From the NCBI GenBank assembly GCA_963767925.1, contig CAVYGB010000008.1:128001-192000 (forward strand): 64,000 nt of DNA. The letters run 5' to 3'. The notes beneath the pieces were generated by a model. It was not told the origin of the DNA. It saw only the letters and a list, made by a program, of their open reading frames with translations, and searched no databases. The position numbers and the translations under genes are program-made. The stretch comes from an uncultured delta proteobacterium (GTDB lineage: Bacteria; Myxococcota_A; Polyangia; Fen-1088). Shown piece by piece: positions 1 through 9,986 of this stretch (positions within the stretch are counted from its first letter, which is position 1; each line of letters begins with the position of its first letter).

Positions 1-2974
1 GGCGGCCAGGCCGAGCAGGGCGATGATCCCCACCCACACCGCCGTCGACAGCCGGTAGTCGAGCAGCCAGAGCAGCCAGAAGCTCCCCACCAGGGCGAAG
101 GGGAGGGAGAGCAGCACGATCAGCACCTCGACGAAGTTCCGGAACTGGAGGAACAGGAGCAGCACGACGATCGCCACCGTCAGCGGGATGACGACCTTCA
201 TGCGCGCCACCATCTGCTGGAGCTGCTCGTACTGGCCGGTCCACTTGAGGTGGCTCCCCTGGGGCAACACCAGGTCCCCGCTCGCCAGGGCCGCCGCCAC
301 CACCGCCTTGGCCTCCTCGACGTAGCCGCCGATGTCGCGCTGGCCCTGATCGATGTCGACGTAGACGTAGCCCACGAGCAGGCCGGCCTCGTCCCGCACC
401 ATGGGGGGCCCGTCCGCGATCGCGATGTCGGCGAGCTGCCCCAGGGGGATGAAGGCCTGCGGCCCCCGGCCGGCGGGCCGCAGCGGGTCGCTCCCCGCCA
501 TCGGCATGCCGGCGGCGCCGCGCGGCTCGGGGACGGGCAGGGGGACCAGCACCTCGCGCAGCCGGGGCAGATCGCTGCGCAGGTCCTGGGGGTACCGGAC
601 GTTGATGGTGAAGCGGGCCCGCCCCTCGATGGTGAGGCCGATCGGCGTGCCGCCGATGGCCCCCTCGATGACGTCCTGCACGTCCCCCACCCGCAGGCCG
701 TGGCGGGCCAGCGCCTCGGGCCGGGGCACGATGTCGACGTAGAGGCCCCCCAGGCTGCGCTCGTAGAGCACGCTGCGGGTGCCGCGGATCGGGGCGATGA
801 GGTGCTCGAGTCCGGGTCCCCACCTTCTCGATCTCCTGCAGGTCGGTGCCGAAGACCTTCACGCCGATGGGGGTGCGCACGCCGGTGGTCAACATGTCGA
901 TGCGGGTCTTGATCGGCATGGTCCAGGCGTTGGTCCAGCCGGGGAGCTGCATGCGGTCGTTCATCTCGGCGGTGAGCTCCTCCCAGGTCAGCGGGCGCTG
1001 CTCCGGCCAGAGCGGGCGCAGGGCGACCGCCAGCCAGCCGGGCGCCCAGCCCGAATACCAGCGCCGCTCCGGGCGGGTCCGCCAGCGCTCGACCGGCTTG
1101 AGCCGCACCGTGGTCTCCACCATCGACAGGGGGGCGGGATCGGTGGCCGACTCCACCCGCCCGATCTTGCCGAACACCGACTCCACCTCGGGGAAGGAGC
1201 GCAGGATGCGGTCCTGGATCTGGAGCTGGCGCTTGGCCTCCTCGATCGAGATGTTGGGGAAGGTGATCGGCATGTACAGGATGTCCCCCTCGTTGAGGGG
1301 GGGCATGAACTCGTGGCCCAGCCGGGAGGCGACCGGCACCGTCGACAGCAGGGCGAACAGGCCGATCGCGACCGTCGACTTGGGCCGCCGCAGGGCCACG
1401 TAGACGAAGGGCTCGTACAGCCGCACGATGAAGCGCGAGACCGGGTGGCGCTGCTCGGGTCGGATCTTGCCCCGGATGAGCAGGTCGCGCAGGGCGGGGG
1501 CGAAGGTGATCGACAGCAGCGCCGAGATCAACATGACGAAGGTCTTGGTGTAGGCCAGGGGCTGGAACAGGCGCCCGGCCTGGCCGGTGAGGGTGAAGAC
1601 CGGCAGGAAGGCCACGGCGATGATGAGCAGCGAGAAGAAGATGGCCGGCGTGACCTCCCGGGCCGCCTCGGCCAGCAGGGCGTGGCGATCGGCGCCCGGT
1701 CCGGCCTGCTCGAGCTTGCTGTGGGAGGCCTCGATCATGACGATCTCGGCGTCGACGGTGGCGCCGATGGCGATGGCGATCCCCCCCAGGCTCATGATGG
1801 TGGAGGGGATGTCGAGCAGGTACATCGGGATGAAGGAGAGGGCCACCGCGATGGGCAGCGACAGGATCGGCAGCAGCGCGCTGCGGAAGTGCAGCAGGAA
1901 CACGATGATCACCAGGCTCACCACGATCGCCTCCTCGATCAGGGCCTGCATGAGGGTGTCGATGGCCCGGTGGATGAGGTCGGAGCGGTCGTAGGCGATC
2001 TTCACCTCCACCCCGGGGGGCAGGCTGGGGGCCAGGTCGGCCAGCTTGCGCTTGACCCGCTCGATCACCTCGAGGGCGTTCTCGCCGTAGCGCATCACAA
2101 CGATGGCCCCCACCGCCTCGCCCTCGCCGTTCCACTCCAGCAGGCCCCGGCGGATCTCCGGCCCGAAGCGCACGCTGGCCACGTCCCGCACCAGCAGCGG
2201 CGTGCCGGCCGGCCCGCTGGCCCGCAGGGCGATGTTCTCCAGGCTGGCCAGGTCCCGGATGTAGCCCCGGCCGCGCACGTAGTATTCGCGCCCCGACATC
2301 TCGAGGATGCGCCCGCCGACGTCGTTGTTGGAGGCGCGGATGGCGGCGGAGACCTCCGCCAGGGTGACGCCGTAGGCCCGCAGCTTGGCCGGGTCGACGG
2401 TGACCTGGTACTGCTTCTGGTAGCCCCCCACGCTGGCCACCTCGGCCACCCCCGGCACGCTGACCCCAGGGCGTAGCGCAGGGTGAAGTCCTGGAAGGTG
2501 CGCAGCTCGTCGAGGCTGTGTTTGCCGGTGCGGTCCTCGAGGGTGTACTGGAACACCCAGCCGACCCCGGTGGCGTCGGGGCCCAGGGTGGGGCTCACCC
2601 CGGGCGGGCAGCTGCCCCTGCAGGCCGTTCAGGTACTCCAGCACCCGGCTGCGGGCCCAGTAGATGTCGGTCCCCTCCTGGAACACGACGTAGATGAACG
2701 ACATGCCGAACATGGAGTAGCCGCGCACGTCGGCCACCTTGGGGGTCCCGATCAGCTTGGCGGCGATGGGGTAGGTGACCTGGTCCTCGATGAGGGTGGG
2801 GCTGCGCCCCATCCACTCGGTGAACACGATCACCTGGGGGTCGGAGAGGTCGGGGATGGCGTCCAGCTTGATCCGGCGGATCGAGGCGAAGGCCCCCAGC
2901 AGGGCGAGCCCCACCCCCAGCAGGACCAGCAGCCGGTGCCGGGCGCAGCCTTCGATGATGCGGGCGACGATCAT
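1..2974 (-). CDS. cusA: CusA/CzcA family heavy-metal efflux RND permease (3' end runs off the window; apparent frameshifts near 2600, 2460 and 810)
   Basis: ATG at 2974 overlaps the adaptor stop (ATGA). Reading across frames gives LDAIPDLSDPQVIV, LGPDATGVGWVFQY, VPGVAEVASVGG, PLNEGDILYMP and WTMPIKTRIDML, typical CusA motifs. Confidence 0.9.
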   Translation of the reverse strand, partial: MIVARIIEGCARHRLLVLLGVGLALLGAFASIRRIKLDAIPDLSDPQVIVFTEWMGRSPTLIEDQVTYPIAAKLIGTPKVADVRGYSMFGMSFIYVVFQEGTDIYWARSRVLEYLNGLQGQLPARGEPHPGPRRHRGRLGVPVHPRGPHRQTQPRRAAHLPGLHPALRPGVSVPGVAEVASVGGYQKQYQVTVDPAKLRAYGVTLAEVSAAIRASNNDVGGRILEMSGREYYVRGRGYIRDLASLENIALRASGPAGTPLLVRDVASVRFGPEIRRGLLEWNGEGEAVGAIVVMRYGENALEVIERVKRKLADLAPSLPPGVEVKIAYDRSDLIHRAIDTLMQALIEEAIVVSLVIIVFLLHFRSALLPILSLPIAVALSFIPMYLLDIPSTIMSLGGIAIAIGATVDAEIVMIEASHSKLEQAGPGADRHALLAEAAREVTPAIFFSLLIIAVAFLPVFTLTGQAGRLFQPLAYTKTFVMLISALLSITFAPALRDLLIRGKIRPEQRHPVSRFIVRLYEPFVYVALRRPKSTVAIGLFALLSTVPVASRLGHEFMPPLNEGDILYMPITFPNISIEEAKRQLQIQDRILRSFPEVESVFGKIGRVESATDPAPLSMVETTVRLKPVERWRTRPERRWYSGWAPGWLAVALRPLWPEQRPLTWEELTAEMNDRMQLPGWTNAWTMPIKTRIDMLTTGVRTPIGVKVFGTDLQEIEKVGTRTRAPHRPDPRHPQRALRAQPGGPLRRHRAPARGAGPPRPAGGGRAGRHRGGHRRHADRPHHRGAGPLHHQRPVPPGPAQRSAPAARGAGPPARPRAARRRRHADGGERPAAARRPGAAGLHPPGAARRHRDRGRAPHGAGRGRPARGLRLRRHRSGPARHRRLRRGGQGGGGGGPGERGPGVAPGEPPQVDRPVRAAPADGGAHEGRHPADGGDRRAAPVPPVPELRRGADRAALPPLRPGGELLAALAARLPAVDGGVGGDHRPARPGR

Positions 2975-4458
2975 CGGGCCGCCCGCCCCTCGATTGTCGC
3001 CCGCAGCCGGCTCTCCGAGTCGATGAGGAAGTTGGCGGTCGTCACGACCGTCTCGCCCTCGGCCACCCCGCTGCGCACCTCGATCCGCGCGCCGACCCGG
3101 GCGCCCAGCGCGACCCGCCGGGGCTCGAAGCGGCCGCCGGGGCGGGCCACGAAGACGTATTGCAGGTCGCCGGTGTCGACGACCGCCTCGGCCGGCAGGG
3201 TCAGGCCGCTGGCAGCCGGCAGATCCAGCACCACGGTGCCGTACAGGCCCGGGCGCAGCTTCAGCCCGCCCGGCCCGGTCCGGTTGCGCAGCTCGAGCCG
3301 CAGCCGGAGCGTGCGCGACTGGGCGTCGAGGGTGGGGTAGACGAACTGGACCTTGCCGGCGAAGGTTTCGCCGGGATAGGCCGTGGCCTCGAAGCGGGCC
3401 GGCTGCCCGATCCGCACCCGCGGCACGTCCGCCTCGTAGACCTCGGCCACCACCCAGACGGTGCGCAGGTCGGCCACCTCGAACAGGGGCACGCCGGCGG
3501 CGGCGTTCATGCCCAGCACGGCGTTCTTGGCGATCACGTGCCCGGCCACCGGCGAGCGGATGGCGATGGCCCGCAACGGCTCGCGGCGGGCGACGACCAG
3601 GTCGATCTCCCGGGGGGAGATGCCGAGCAGCTCGAGCCGGCGGCGGGCGTCGTTCACCATCCCCTCGAGGGGGGCCACGTTGCCCTGGTGGGGCAGCGCC
3701 GTGCCCTGGGGGCTCGCGCTCCAGCCGAGGGCGGTGAGCAGCTCCTGCTGGGCCTGCAGCACCTCGGGGCTGTAGATGGTGGCCAGCGCCTGGCCGCGCG
3801 CGACCCGCTGGCCGGTCTCGGAGACGTGCAGCTCCTCGATCCAGCCCGAGAAGCGGGGGGAGATCTGGGCCTGGCCCCGCTCGTTTGCCTGCACCACCCC
3901 CACCACCCGCAGGCCGTCGACGAGCGAGGTGCGCGTGACGGGGGCGGTGCGAACGCCGATCTTCTGCACCCGCTCGTCCGTGAGATCGACCGGCACCAGC
4001 CCCGGGATCGACGCCCCGGCGGCGGCGCCTCCGTCGGGACGGGGGATCAGCTTCATGCCGCCGCACAGGTCGCAGCGGGCGCTGGCGTCGTCGGAGGCGA
4101 TCTGGGGGTGCATCGGGCACCAGTAGGCGCCGGAGGCGGGCTTGCCCGCCGGGGCCGGCGCGCTGGTCGCCGCCGCGGGTCGGGCCGATCCCGCGGGGCG
4201 GGGCACCAGGTTCATGCTGCAGATCGGGCACTGGCCCGCGTGGTCCTGGACGATCTGGGGGTGCATCGGGCAATAGAACGTCTGCCCGGTCCGCTCCGAG
4301 CGGGCGGCGAGCCAGCCCGCAGGCCCCGCCAGGTGGGAGGCGACGGCGCCGGCGGCCACCAGGCCCATCGCGACGACGAGGATCCAGCGCAGGACGGCCA
4401 TCTTGCGGGTGCCCGGCGGCGGGCTCTCCAGGCGGGCGCTGTCGTCGTGGGCGTTCAT
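2971..4458 (-). CDS. cusB: CusB-like efflux RND periplasmic adaptor with two heavy-metal-binding domains
   Basis: N-terminal TM helix; FYCPMHPQI..CPICSMNL and YWCPMHPQI..CDLCGGMKL; YSPEVLQAQQE; ANFLIDSESRL. ATG 4458 overlaps the TolC stop. Confidence 0.9.
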   Translation of the reverse strand: MNAHDDSARLESPPPGTRKMAVLRWILVVAMGLVAAGAVASHLAGPAGWLAARSERTGQTFYCPMHPQIVQDHAGQCPICSMNLVPRPAGSARPAAATSAPAPAGKPASGAYWCPMHPQIASDDASARCDLCGGMKLIPRPDGGAAAGASIPGLVPVDLTDERVQKIGVRTAPVTRTSLVDGLRVVGVVQANERGQAQISPRFSGWIEELHVSETGQRVARGQALATIYSPEVLQAQQELLTALGWSASPQGTALPHQGNVAPLEGMVNDARRRLELLGISPREIDLVVARREPLRAIAIRSPVAGHVIAKNAVLGMNAAAGVPLFEVADLRTVWVVAEVYEADVPRVRIGQPARFEATAYPGETFAGKVQFVYPTLDAQSRTLRLRLELRNRTGPGGLKLRPGLYGTVVLDLPAASGLTLPAEAVVDTGDLQYVFVARPGGRFEPRRVALGARVGARIEVRSGVAEGETVVTTANFLIDSESRLRATIEGRAAR

Positions 4459-5732
4459 GGCGCCACCTCGGCGGGCAGGGCCCGGGCCAGGTCGGCGGCG
4501 GCCTCTTCCAGGTGGACCAGGCTCTGCACCCGGTCGAGCCGCGTGTCGAGGTAGCTGCGCAGGGCATCGACCAGCACGCTGGCGTCGCCCCGCCCGGCGC
4601 CGTAGCCGGCCTGGGCGGTCTCCAGGTTGCGGCCGGCGATGGGCAGCAGGTCCCGATCGATGATGTCGAAGGTGGCGCGCGCCGCCGCGAAGCGGGCGCC
4701 CGCGTCGCGGGCCTGGTAGGCCAGGCCGTTGCGCACCGACTGCACCGCGAGGCGATCGGCGGCCAGCGCGTGTTCGGCGGCGGCGACGGCGTCGCGGCGG
4801 CCCGCGCTCAGCCAGGGTAGGTTCATCATGACCATCAGCCCGTAGCCGTGGGGCGCGGCCATCATCGGCATGTACATGTAGTCGACCCCCAGGGTGACGG
4901 TCGGCCAGCGCCCCTCGCGCTGGACCAGCTCGAGGGTGGCCTCGCTGCGGGCCAGATCGGCGCCGGCGGCCACCAGCTCCGATCGTCCCCGTGCGGAACC
5001 CGCGTCGCCCGGCGGCGCGGCCGCGGGCGGCAGCTCGGCCGGGACGCCCAGGGGCGCCTCCAGCGGCCGGTTCATCAGCAGGTTCAAGCGGGCGGAGGCC
5101 GAGATGCGCTCCTGCTCGACGTGGGCCAGATCGCGGTGCAGGCGGGACAGCTCGAGGGTGAGGCGCAGGACGTCCTGCTGCGAGCGCTGCCCGGCCCGGT
5201 AGCTCGAGCGCGCCAGCTCGACCAGGCGCCCGGTCAGCTCGACGTGCTCCCGATGCAGGGCCACCTCCCGGTCGGCCCGGAAATATTCGGCGAACCCGCG
5301 CCGCACCTCCGCGGTGAGGTCCCGCCGCCGCGTCTCCGCCCCCGCCGCCGCGCGGACCGCCTCCTGATCGGCCGCCCGCGCCCGCGCGGATCGCGTCCCC
5401 GCTGCGGGCAGGGTCTGGCTCAGCCCCACCATGAGGGCGTTGCCCTCGCGCCAGGCCAGCGGCCGGCGCAGCGGCAGCCCCCACTGCTCGTATTTCACCT
5501 GGGCCTCCGGCAGCCGCCCGGCCAGCCGGGCCTGGGCGCGGGCGGCGGCGATGCGCGCCTCGGCCTCGGCCAGGTCGGGGTTGGCGCGCAGGACCAGCGG
5601 CAGGATCAGCTCCAGCCGGGCCTCGCGGGCCAGCGCCTCGCCGGTGGGATCGGCGGCGGCGACGCCGGGGAGCAGGGCGGTGATCAGCAGCAGGGCCGGG
5701 ATCACGAGACGGACGTCAGCGAACGTGGACAT
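4455..5732 (-). CDS. TolC/CusC family outer-membrane efflux protein
   Basis: Signal peptide, helical OEP-like repeats, Met-rich segment YMYMPMMAAPHGYGLMVMM; lies upstream of the cusB/cusA-like genes. Confidence 0.85.
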   Translation of the reverse strand: MSTFADVRLVIPALLLITALLPGVAAADPTGEALAREARLELILPLVLRANPDLAEAEARIAAARAQARLAGRLPEAQVKYEQWGLPLRRPLAWREGNALMVGLSQTLPAAGTRSARARAADQEAVRAAAGAETRRRDLTAEVRRGFAEYFRADREVALHREHVELTGRLVELARSSYRAGQRSQQDVLRLTLELSRLHRDLAHVEQERISASARLNLLMNRPLEAPLGVPAELPPAAAPPGDAGSARGRSELVAAGADLARSEATLELVQREGRWPTVTLGVDYMYMPMMAAPHGYGLMVMMNLPWLSAGRRDAVAAAEHALAADRLAVQSVRNGLAYQARDAGARFAAARATFDIIDRDLLPIAGRNLETAQAGYGAGRGDASVLVDALRSYLDTRLDRVQSLVHLEEAAADLARALPAEVAP

Positions 5733-5966
5733 GGCTCGGGTTCCTCGACGAGCGGGCAGGGAGACGGTGCGCGACGGCGCCGGCGCCCGCCCGGGGGGCA
5801 GGCACGCGACGATGGGCCGGCCAGCGGGCAGGACGCCGCGCGATCAGCCGGGGAGAGGGCAGCCGGCCCGGTCGAGCGACCGGGCGGCGAGCGCAGCGGG
5901 GTCAGCGGGACCCCGCGCACCCGTGGATCGACCGCGCCCGCAGGGCGGTCGGCCGACGGCGATCGC

Positions 5967-6389
5967 TCAGATCAGGAAGGCTTGCTTCTGCAGGACGAGG
6001 AGGCGGCCCCCGGCGGATCGCTCCCGATCGGGCGCGCGGACCGGGAGGGGCCGCAGCCGGGGGAAGGGATCGGGGACGGTGGCCACCGGCCGGGCCACCA
6101 GGGCGTCGACCACCGTGAGCTGGGCGGCCGCCTGCTTGCGGGGCAGGTCGCTGGGGGCCTTGTCGAAGTGGCTCTGCTCGACCTGGCAGCAGCTCAGGCT
6201 GGACAGGGTCGGGCCGGCGTGGCTCCGCTCGGCCGCCGCGCCGACCTTCTTCTTGGGGCAGCAGCAGGCGTCGCGGGCGACCCCGTCGGACCGGCAGCGC
6301 CAGCTCGCGAAGCTGGTCCCGGCGACGGCAAACAGCAGCACCGGCAGCAGCAGCGCCGCGGTCAGGATCTGTCTGGCCGTCCTCGCCAT
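5967..6389 (-). CDS. Small Cys-rich exported/membrane protein upstream of the metal efflux operon
   Basis: Hydrophobic N-terminus, CRSDGVARDACCCP and SCCQ, C-terminal ..LQKQAFLI; GGAGG RBS upstream of ATG 6389. Confidence 0.65.
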   Translation of the reverse strand: MARTARQILTAALLLPVLLFAVAGTSFASWRCRSDGVARDACCCPKKKVGAAAERSHAGPTLSSLSCCQVEQSHFDKAPSDLPRKQAAAQLTVVDALVARPVATVPDPFPRLRPLPVRAPDRERSAGGRLLVLQKQAFLI

Positions 6390-6459
6390 GGGTGCCTCCG
6401 AGCATGATTGGCGATCGCACCGGCTGTCAAGGCGCGCCGACCACACCCACCCCCCCCGG

Positions 6460-6491
6460 CGCGGAATCCGCACCCCGCTGCAGAAAGCGCA
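6460..6491 (+). promoter_or_regulatory. Tandem palindromic enhancer-binding-protein sites (YGCR-N5-CGCA x2)
   Basis: CGCGGAATCCGCA (6460-6472) and TGCAGAAAGCGCA (6479-6491), upstream of a sigma-54 promoter; similar pair at 38673-38706. Confidence 0.55.
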
Positions 6492-6533
6492 GCCCGGCGC
6501 GCCCCAAAGCCCCGGATCCGGCCGCCGCGCGCG

Positions 6534-6549
6534 CGGCACGGCCGGTGCA
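6534..6549 (+). promoter_or_regulatory. Sigma-54 (-24/-12) promoter of the MacAB-type operon
   Basis: CGGCACGGCCGGTGCA = GG-N10-GC with a GGCACG core, 25 nt before ATG 6575. Confidence 0.7.
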
Positions 6550-6574
6550 ATACCTCGCGGCAAAGAGACATCCC

Positions 6575-7933
6575 ATGAATGAAGCATTTGCCCCCCGCTG
6601 GAACCACGAACCGGAACCGTCCGCCGAGGAGGCCGCCGCGCCGCCGGAGCCCTTCCTCGAGGAGCCCGCCCGCCGCCGCTGGCGCTGGCCGCTGATCGCG
6701 ATCCTGGTGCTGGCCGCGGCCGGCGGCGGCGTCGCCACCTGGAAGTGGCAGGCCAAGCCGGTCCCGCCCAGCTTCGAGACCGCGCGCGTGGACCGCGGGC
6801 GCATCGCCGTGCAGGTCTCCGCCAGCGGCACCCTGTCGGGCCTGCGCACGGTCCTCGTCGGCAGCCAGGTCTCCGGTCGCATCGCCGAGCTGAACGCCGA
6901 CTTCAACGACACGGTGAAGAAGGGGCAGCTCCTGGCCCGTCTCGACACCCAGATCTTCAAGGCCGCCCTGGAGCAGTCCCGGGCCAGCTTCGTGGTGGCC
7001 AAGAGCAGCGTGGCCCGGGCCCAGGCCCAGGCCGCCGACGCCGAACGGCAGCTCGCCCGCCAGCAGAAGCTGGGCGAGGCGCAGCTCCTGGCCCCCGAGG
7101 TGGTCGAGAGCGCCACCACCAGCGCCGAGGTGGCGCGGGCCGCCCTGGCGGGGGCCCGGGCGCAGGCCCAGCAGTCGGCGGCGTCGTTGCGCCAGGCCGA
7201 GCTGAACCTGGCCATGACCGCCATCTACTCCCCCATCGACGGGGTGGTCATCTCGCGCAGCGTGGACGTGGGCCAGACGGTGGCCGCCTCCCTGCAGGCG
7301 CCGACCATCTTCACCCTCGCCGAGGACCTGCGCAAGATGCAGGTGGAGGCCCACGTCAGCGAGGCGGACGTGGCCAAGCTGACCGCCGGGATGCCGGTCA
7401 ACTTCACCGTCGACGCCTTCCCCGGCCGCACCTTCTCCGGCACGCTCCGCCAGGTCCGCAACGCCGCCGAGACGGTCCAGAACGTCGTCACCTACGACGC
7501 CATCGTCGACGTGGACAACCCCGACCTGCAGCTCCGGCCGGGGATGACCGCCAACGTGACCTTCGTGGTGGCCGAGCGGAAGGACGTCCTGCGCATCCCC
7601 AACGCCGCCCTCCGCTTCCGTCCCGGCGCCGCGACCGGCCGTTCCGCCCAGCCGTCCCGCGAGGGGGGCCGCACCGTGTTCGCCCTGCAGGGCACCACCT
7701 TGCAGCCCAAGCGGGTGCGGGTGGGCATCACCGACGGCAGCTTCACCGAGCTCGTCGAGGGGGACCTGGTCGACGGCCTGGCCCTGGTCACCGACATGGG
7801 CGGCACCACCCCCGCCGCCGGCACCCGCGGCACCGGGGGCGAGCGCCCGGGCATGGGGGCGGGCGGCCCGCCCGGACTGTCCCCCGTGAACACCCCGGGG
7901 CTGGGGGGCGGCGGCCGCCGGCGCGGCGGTTGA
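6575..7933 (+). CDS. MacA-like efflux periplasmic adaptor subunit
   Basis: TM anchor, VGSQVSGRI, IYSPIDGVVISRSVDVGQTVAASLQAP, LRPGMTANV. Confidence 0.9.
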   Translation: MNEAFAPRWNHEPEPSAEEAAAPPEPFLEEPARRRWRWPLIAILVLAAAGGGVATWKWQAKPVPPSFETARVDRGRIAVQVSASGTLSGLRTVLVGSQVSGRIAELNADFNDTVKKGQLLARLDTQIFKAALEQSRASFVVAKSSVARAQAQAADAERQLARQQKLGEAQLLAPEVVESATTSAEVARAALAGARAQAQQSAASLRQAELNLAMTAIYSPIDGVVISRSVDVGQTVAASLQAPTIFTLAEDLRKMQVEAHVSEADVAKLTAGMPVNFTVDAFPGRTFSGTLRQVRNAAETVQNVVTYDAIVDVDNPDLQLRPGMTANVTFVVAERKDVLRIPNAALRFRPGAATGRSAQPSREGGRTVFALQGTTLQPKRVRVGITDGSFTELVEGDLVDGLALVTDMGGTTPAAGTRGTGGERPGMGAGGPPGLSPVNTPGLGGGGRRRGG

Positions 7934-7980
7934 AGCGCGACCCTCGTCAGCAACCTCGACCCGGACAGGAGACCACCGCC

Positions 7981-8760
7981 ATGAAGCCAATCATCGAGCT
8001 TTCTCACATTCGCAAGCTCTACCGACTGGGAGACAGCACGGTCAACGCACTCGACGACGTCAGCCTGCGCATCGACGCCGGCGAGTTCGTGGCCATCATG
8101 GGCCCCTCGGGCTCTGGCAAGTCGACCCTGATGAACGTCGTGGGCTGCCTCGACGTCCCCGACTCGGGCAGCTACCGCCTGGCCGGGCGGGAGGTGGCCC
8201 GGCTGACCCGGGCCGACCAGGCCAGCGTGCGCAACCGGGTCCTGGGGTTCGTGTTCCAGGGCTTCAACCTGCTGGCTCGCAGCAGCGCCCGCGAGAACGT
8301 CGAGCTGCCGCTCCTCTACGCCGGCGTCAGCCACTGCGAGCGCAAGCTGCGGGCCCAGCGCGCCCTGGCCAGCGTCGGTCTGGCCGCCCGGATGGACCAC
8401 CTGCCCAGCCAGCTCTCGGGCGGTCAGCAGCAGCGGGTGGCCATCGCCCGGGCCCTGGTGGGACGCCCGCGCATCATCCTGGCCGACGAGCCCACCGGCG
8501 CCCTCGACTCGCGCACCAGCCTGGAGATCATGGCTCTCTTCCGCGACCTGGCCCAGGCCGGCATGACCATCGTGCTCGTCACCCACGAGCCCGACATCGC
8601 CGCCCACGCCTCGCGGGTGCTGGTGTTTCGCGACGGGCAGGTGGTCTCCGACCGCCAGCAGACCGCCGCGCCGGTGCTGTCGCTGTCCCGTGGAGAAGCC
8701 GCCGGCGCCCCGGCGCGGGAGCGGCGAATTTCCCAGGTTCCGGATCGGGAGGCCGTCTGA
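7981..8760 (+). CDS. MacB/LolD-like ABC transporter ATP-binding protein
   Basis: Walker A GPSGSGKST, LSGGQQQRVAIARAL, ILADEPTGALD, VTHE. Confidence 0.95.
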   Translation: MKPIIELSHIRKLYRLGDSTVNALDDVSLRIDAGEFVAIMGPSGSGKSTLMNVVGCLDVPDSGSYRLAGREVARLTRADQASVRNRVLGFVFQGFNLLARSSARENVELPLLYAGVSHCERKLRAQRALASVGLAARMDHLPSQLSGGQQQRVAIARALVGRPRIILADEPTGALDSRTSLEIMALFRDLAQAGMTIVLVTHEPDIAAHASRVLVFRDGQVVSDRQQTAAPVLSLSRGEAAGAPARERRISQVPDREAV

Positions 8761-9986
8761 TGCTGTCCAACACGTTCCTGCTCGCCGCCCAGGGTCTGTA
8801 CCGGGCCAAGGCCCGCTCGCTGCTGACCGCCCTCGGCATCATCATCGGGGTGGCCGCCGTCATCGCCACGGTGGCGATGGGGGAGGGGGCCCGCGCCCGG
8901 GTCGAGCAGGCCTTCTCCGCACTCGGCACCAACCTGCTCATCGTGATGCCGGGCAGCTCCAACGCCGGTGGCGTGCGGGGCGGCGGCGGCTCCGCCTCCA
9001 CCCTGACCTGGGCCGACCTGCGGGCCATCCAGACCGAGATCCCGAGCGTGCGCTACGCCGCCCCCATGTTGCGCAGCTCGGCCCAGGTCGTGAGCGAGGA
9101 GCAGAACTGGTTCACCCAGGTCTACGGCGTCACCGCCGACTTCTACGGCATCCGCCAGTGGCAGGCCAGCCGGGGCACCGTGCCCACCGCCGCCGAGGAC
9201 GAGAGCCGGGACAAGGTGGCCGTCCTGGGCCAGACCGTCGTCGACCGCCTGTTCGGCCCGGGGGTCGATCCGGTCGGACGATCGGTGCGGGTGCGGGGCA
9301 TTCCCTTCATGGTCACGGGCGTGCTCGACCGCAAGGGCCAGTCCAGCAGCGGGCAGGACCACGACGACGGCATCTACCTCCCGGTGAAGACCTTCCAGGC
9401 CACCATCCAGGGCGGCTTCGGCAACTTCATAACCGGCCCCCTGCTGGTGGGCGCCACCTCGGCCGAGACCACCAGCCGCGCCGAGCGGCAGGTGACCGAG
9501 CTGCTGCGCGACCGGCACCAGATCGGGCCGGGGGGCAGCGACGACTTCTCCATCCGCAACCTGACCGAGACCGCCTCCGCCCAGGACGAGAGCGCCCGCG
9601 CCCTCACCCTGTTGCTGGCCGGAATCGCCGCCGTCTCGCTGCTGGTGGGCGGCATCGGCATCATGAACATCATGCTGGTGGGGGTCACCGAGCGGACGCG
9701 CGAGATCGGCGTGCGCATGGCGGTGGGGGCCAAGCCCTGGCACATCCTGGCCCAGTTTCTCACCGAGTCGCTCGCCCTCTCCGCCGCCGGCGGCCTGCTC
9801 GGCATCGCCCTGGGCCTCGGCACCTCGGGCCGCCTGGCCGACTACTTCGGCTGGCCCAGCCGCTTGCGCCTCGACGTCCCGCTCTACGCGATGGGCTTCT
9901 CGGTCGCGGTGGGCGTCGTGTTCGGGATGTACCCGGCCTGGAAGGCCTCCCGCCTGCACCCCATCCAGGCCCTCCGTCACGAGTAG
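8760..9986 (+). CDS. MacB-like ABC transporter permease
   Basis: RSLLTALGIIIGVAAVI, SLLVGGIGIMNIML..VTERTREIGVRMAVGA, PAWKASRLHPIQALRHE. Confidence 0.95.
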   Translation: MLSNTFLLAAQGLYRAKARSLLTALGIIIGVAAVIATVAMGEGARARVEQAFSALGTNLLIVMPGSSNAGGVRGGGGSASTLTWADLRAIQTEIPSVRYAAPMLRSSAQVVSEEQNWFTQVYGVTADFYGIRQWQASRGTVPTAAEDESRDKVAVLGQTVVDRLFGPGVDPVGRSVRVRGIPFMVTGVLDRKGQSSSGQDHDDGIYLPVKTFQATIQGGFGNFITGPLLVGATSAETTSRAERQVTELLRDRHQIGPGGSDDFSIRNLTETASAQDESARALTLLLAGIAAVSLLVGGIGIMNIMLVGVTERTREIGVRMAVGAKPWHILAQFLTESLALSAAGGLLGIALGLGTSGRLADYFGWPSRLRLDVPLYAMGFSVAVGVVFGMYPAWKASRLHPIQALRHE

